A stretch of DNA of 64,000 nt. Source: Cetorhinus maximus (lineage: Eukaryota). The translations under genes and the position numbers were made by a program. The stretch is from positions 12,400,001 to 12,464,000 of the forward strand of contig NC_135886.1 in the NCBI RefSeq assembly GCF_964194155.1, read 5' to 3'. A model generated the notes under the pieces. It had not been told where the DNA came from and ran no database searches. It saw only the letters and a program-made list of their open reading frames with translations. Shown piece after piece: positions 61,905-64,000 of the stretch; position 1 is the stretch's first letter; every line of letters starts with the position of its first letter.

Positions 61905-63968
61905 TGCATTCGTGTTGTGTAGCATTACCACCAGGCTAAATGGGATATACTCAGAACAGTTCTAGCAATTCAAAACTGGGCATCCATGAGTTGCTCTGGG
62001 CCATCAGCAGCAGCAGCAGAATTGGACTCAGCCACAATCTGTAGCCTCATGGACCAGCATATACCCCACTCTACCAGTACCATCAAGCTGGGGGATCAAC
62101 CCTAGTTCAAGGAGCAGTGCAGGAGAGCATGCCAGGAGCAGCACCAAAAATGCATAAAAATTAGGTGTCAGCTTGGTGAAGCTACAACACAGGACTACTT
62201 GCAAGCCAAACAACAGAAGCAGCATGCAATAGACAGAGCTAAGTGATCCCACAACCAGCAGATCAGATCAAAGCTCTGCCACAGTTGTGAACAGTGGTGG
62301 AAAGCTAAAAAACGAATTGGAGGAGGAGGCCCCATAAACATCTTCATCCTCAATGATGGGGGAGCCCAGCACATCAGTGCAAAAGACAAGGCTGAAGCAT
62401 TGCAAATATCTTCTATCAGAAGTGCCAAGTGGATAATCCATCTCGGCCTCCTCCTGAGGTCCCCAGCATCACAGATGCCAGTCTCCAGCCAATTCAATTT
62501 ACTCCATATGATTTCAAAAAATGGCTGAAAGCACTGGACACTACAACGGCTACAGGCCCTGACAAGTACTTGCTATAGAGGGAGTGCAGCAAAGGTTTAC
62601 CCGACGGATTCCTGGGATGGCGGGACTGACATATGATGAGAGATTGAGTCGATTAGGATTATATTCGCTGGAGTTCAGAAGAATGAGGGGGGATCTCATA
62701 GAAACCTATAAAATTCTAACAGGACTAGACAGGGCAGATGCAGGAAGGATGTTCCCGATGGTGGGGGAGTCCAGAACCAGGGGTCACAGTCTGAGAATAT
62801 GGGGTGGACCATTTAGGACTGAGATGAGGAGAAATTTCTTCACCCAGAGAGTGGTGAGCCTGTGGAATTCGTTACCACAGAAAGTAGTTGAGACCAAAAC
62901 ATTGTATGTTTTCAAGAAGGACTGAGATATAGCCCTTGGGGCAAAAGGGATCAAAGGGTATGGGGAGAAAGCCATGATCATAATGAATGGTGGAGCAGGC
63001 TTGAAGGGCTGAATGGCCTACTCCTGCTTCGAGTTTCTATGTTTCTATGTTTCTAATATTCCGCAATAGTTCTGAAGACTTGTGCTCCAGAACTAGTGGT
63101 GCCTCTAGCCAAGCTGATCCAGTACAGCTACAACACTGGTATCTACCCAGCTATGTGGAAAATTGCTGAGTTTTGTCCTGTACACAAAAAGCAGGACAAA
63201 TCCAACCCGGTCAATTACTGCTCCATCAGTCTACTCACAATCATCAGCAAAGTGATGGAAGGTGTCGTCGATAGGGCAATCAAGCAGCACTTACTCAGCA
63301 ATAATTCTGCTCACTGATTTTCAGTTTGGGTTCCGCCAGTGTTAGTCAGCTCCGGACCTCATTACAGCCTTGGTCCAAACATGGACCAAAGAGCCGAACT
63401 TATGAGTTGAGGTGAGAGTGACTGTCCTTGACATCATGCAGCATTTGACTGAGTGTGGCTTCAAGGAGCCCTAGCAAAACTGAAGTCAATGGGAATCAGG
63501 GGAAAACTCTCCAATTGTCCAAAGTCTTATCTAGCACAAAGGAAGATGGTTGTGGTTGTTGGAGGTCATTCATCTCATTCCCAGGACATCACTGCAGGAG
63601 TTCTTCAGGGTAGAGTCCAAAACCCAACTGTCTTCAGCTGCTTCATCAACAACCTTCCTTCCATCATAAAGTCAGAAGTGGGGATGTTCGCTGATGATTA
63701 CACAATGTTCAGCACCATTCATAATTTCTCAGATACTGAAGCAGTCCATGTCCAAATGCAGCAAGAACTGGACAACATTCAGGCTTGGGCTGATATGAGG
63801 CAAGTAACATTCATGCCACACAAGTGCCAGGCAATGACTATTTCCAACAAGAGAGAATCTAACCATCTTCGTTTGACATTCAATGGCATTACCATCATTG
63901 AGTCACCCATGATCAACATTCTGGGGGTTACCATTGACCAGAAACTGAACTAGACCAGCCCTATAAAT
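61905..63968 (+). mobile_element. LINE family B fragment interrupted by CR1
   Basis: RT motifs continue across the insertion (GPD|NIPAIVLKTCAPEL; INNLPS..FADD). Confidence 0.9.
62566..63054 (+). mobile_element. Relatively young CR1 3' fragment nested in LINE B
   Basis: Open 113-aa frame QRFTRRIPGMAGLTYDERLSRLGLYSLEFRRMRGDLIETYK; (GTTTCTAT)n tail. Confidence 0.92.
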
Positions 63969-64000
63969 ATGGTCAGTAAGAGGTGCATGGTTCAGAGACT

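Overview
Eukaryotic, repeat-dense vertebrate DNA, most likely from a cartilaginous fish (inferred from the repeat families). The only host gene is the 3' part of wnt2b on the + strand: a coding exon at 1891-2155 and the last coding exon at 41165-41394, joined by a 39,009-bp intron. About 19 kb of that intron (8.4-34.7 kb) is a 22-23-bp satellite (CTAGATCAGTGTATCTGCATTC) with higher-order duplications, nested LINE insertions and a fold-back inversion. The rest is decayed CR1 LINEs, a second CR1-group LINE family, L2-like remnants, Deu-domain SINEs, Harbinger-like MITEs and Penelope-like elements (PLEs). The most interesting signal is a family of 130-250-bp, TSD-flanked, mostly palindromic, non-coding PLE-end derivatives. 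They carry a minimal type-I hammerhead ribozyme motif (CUGANGA-stem II-GAAAC-GUH), on both strands in the palindromic copies, and cluster around the last wnt2b exon. A second, different hammerhead motif lies at the end of another PLE family. Family names come from recalled motifs, not database searches, and repeat boundaries are approximate.
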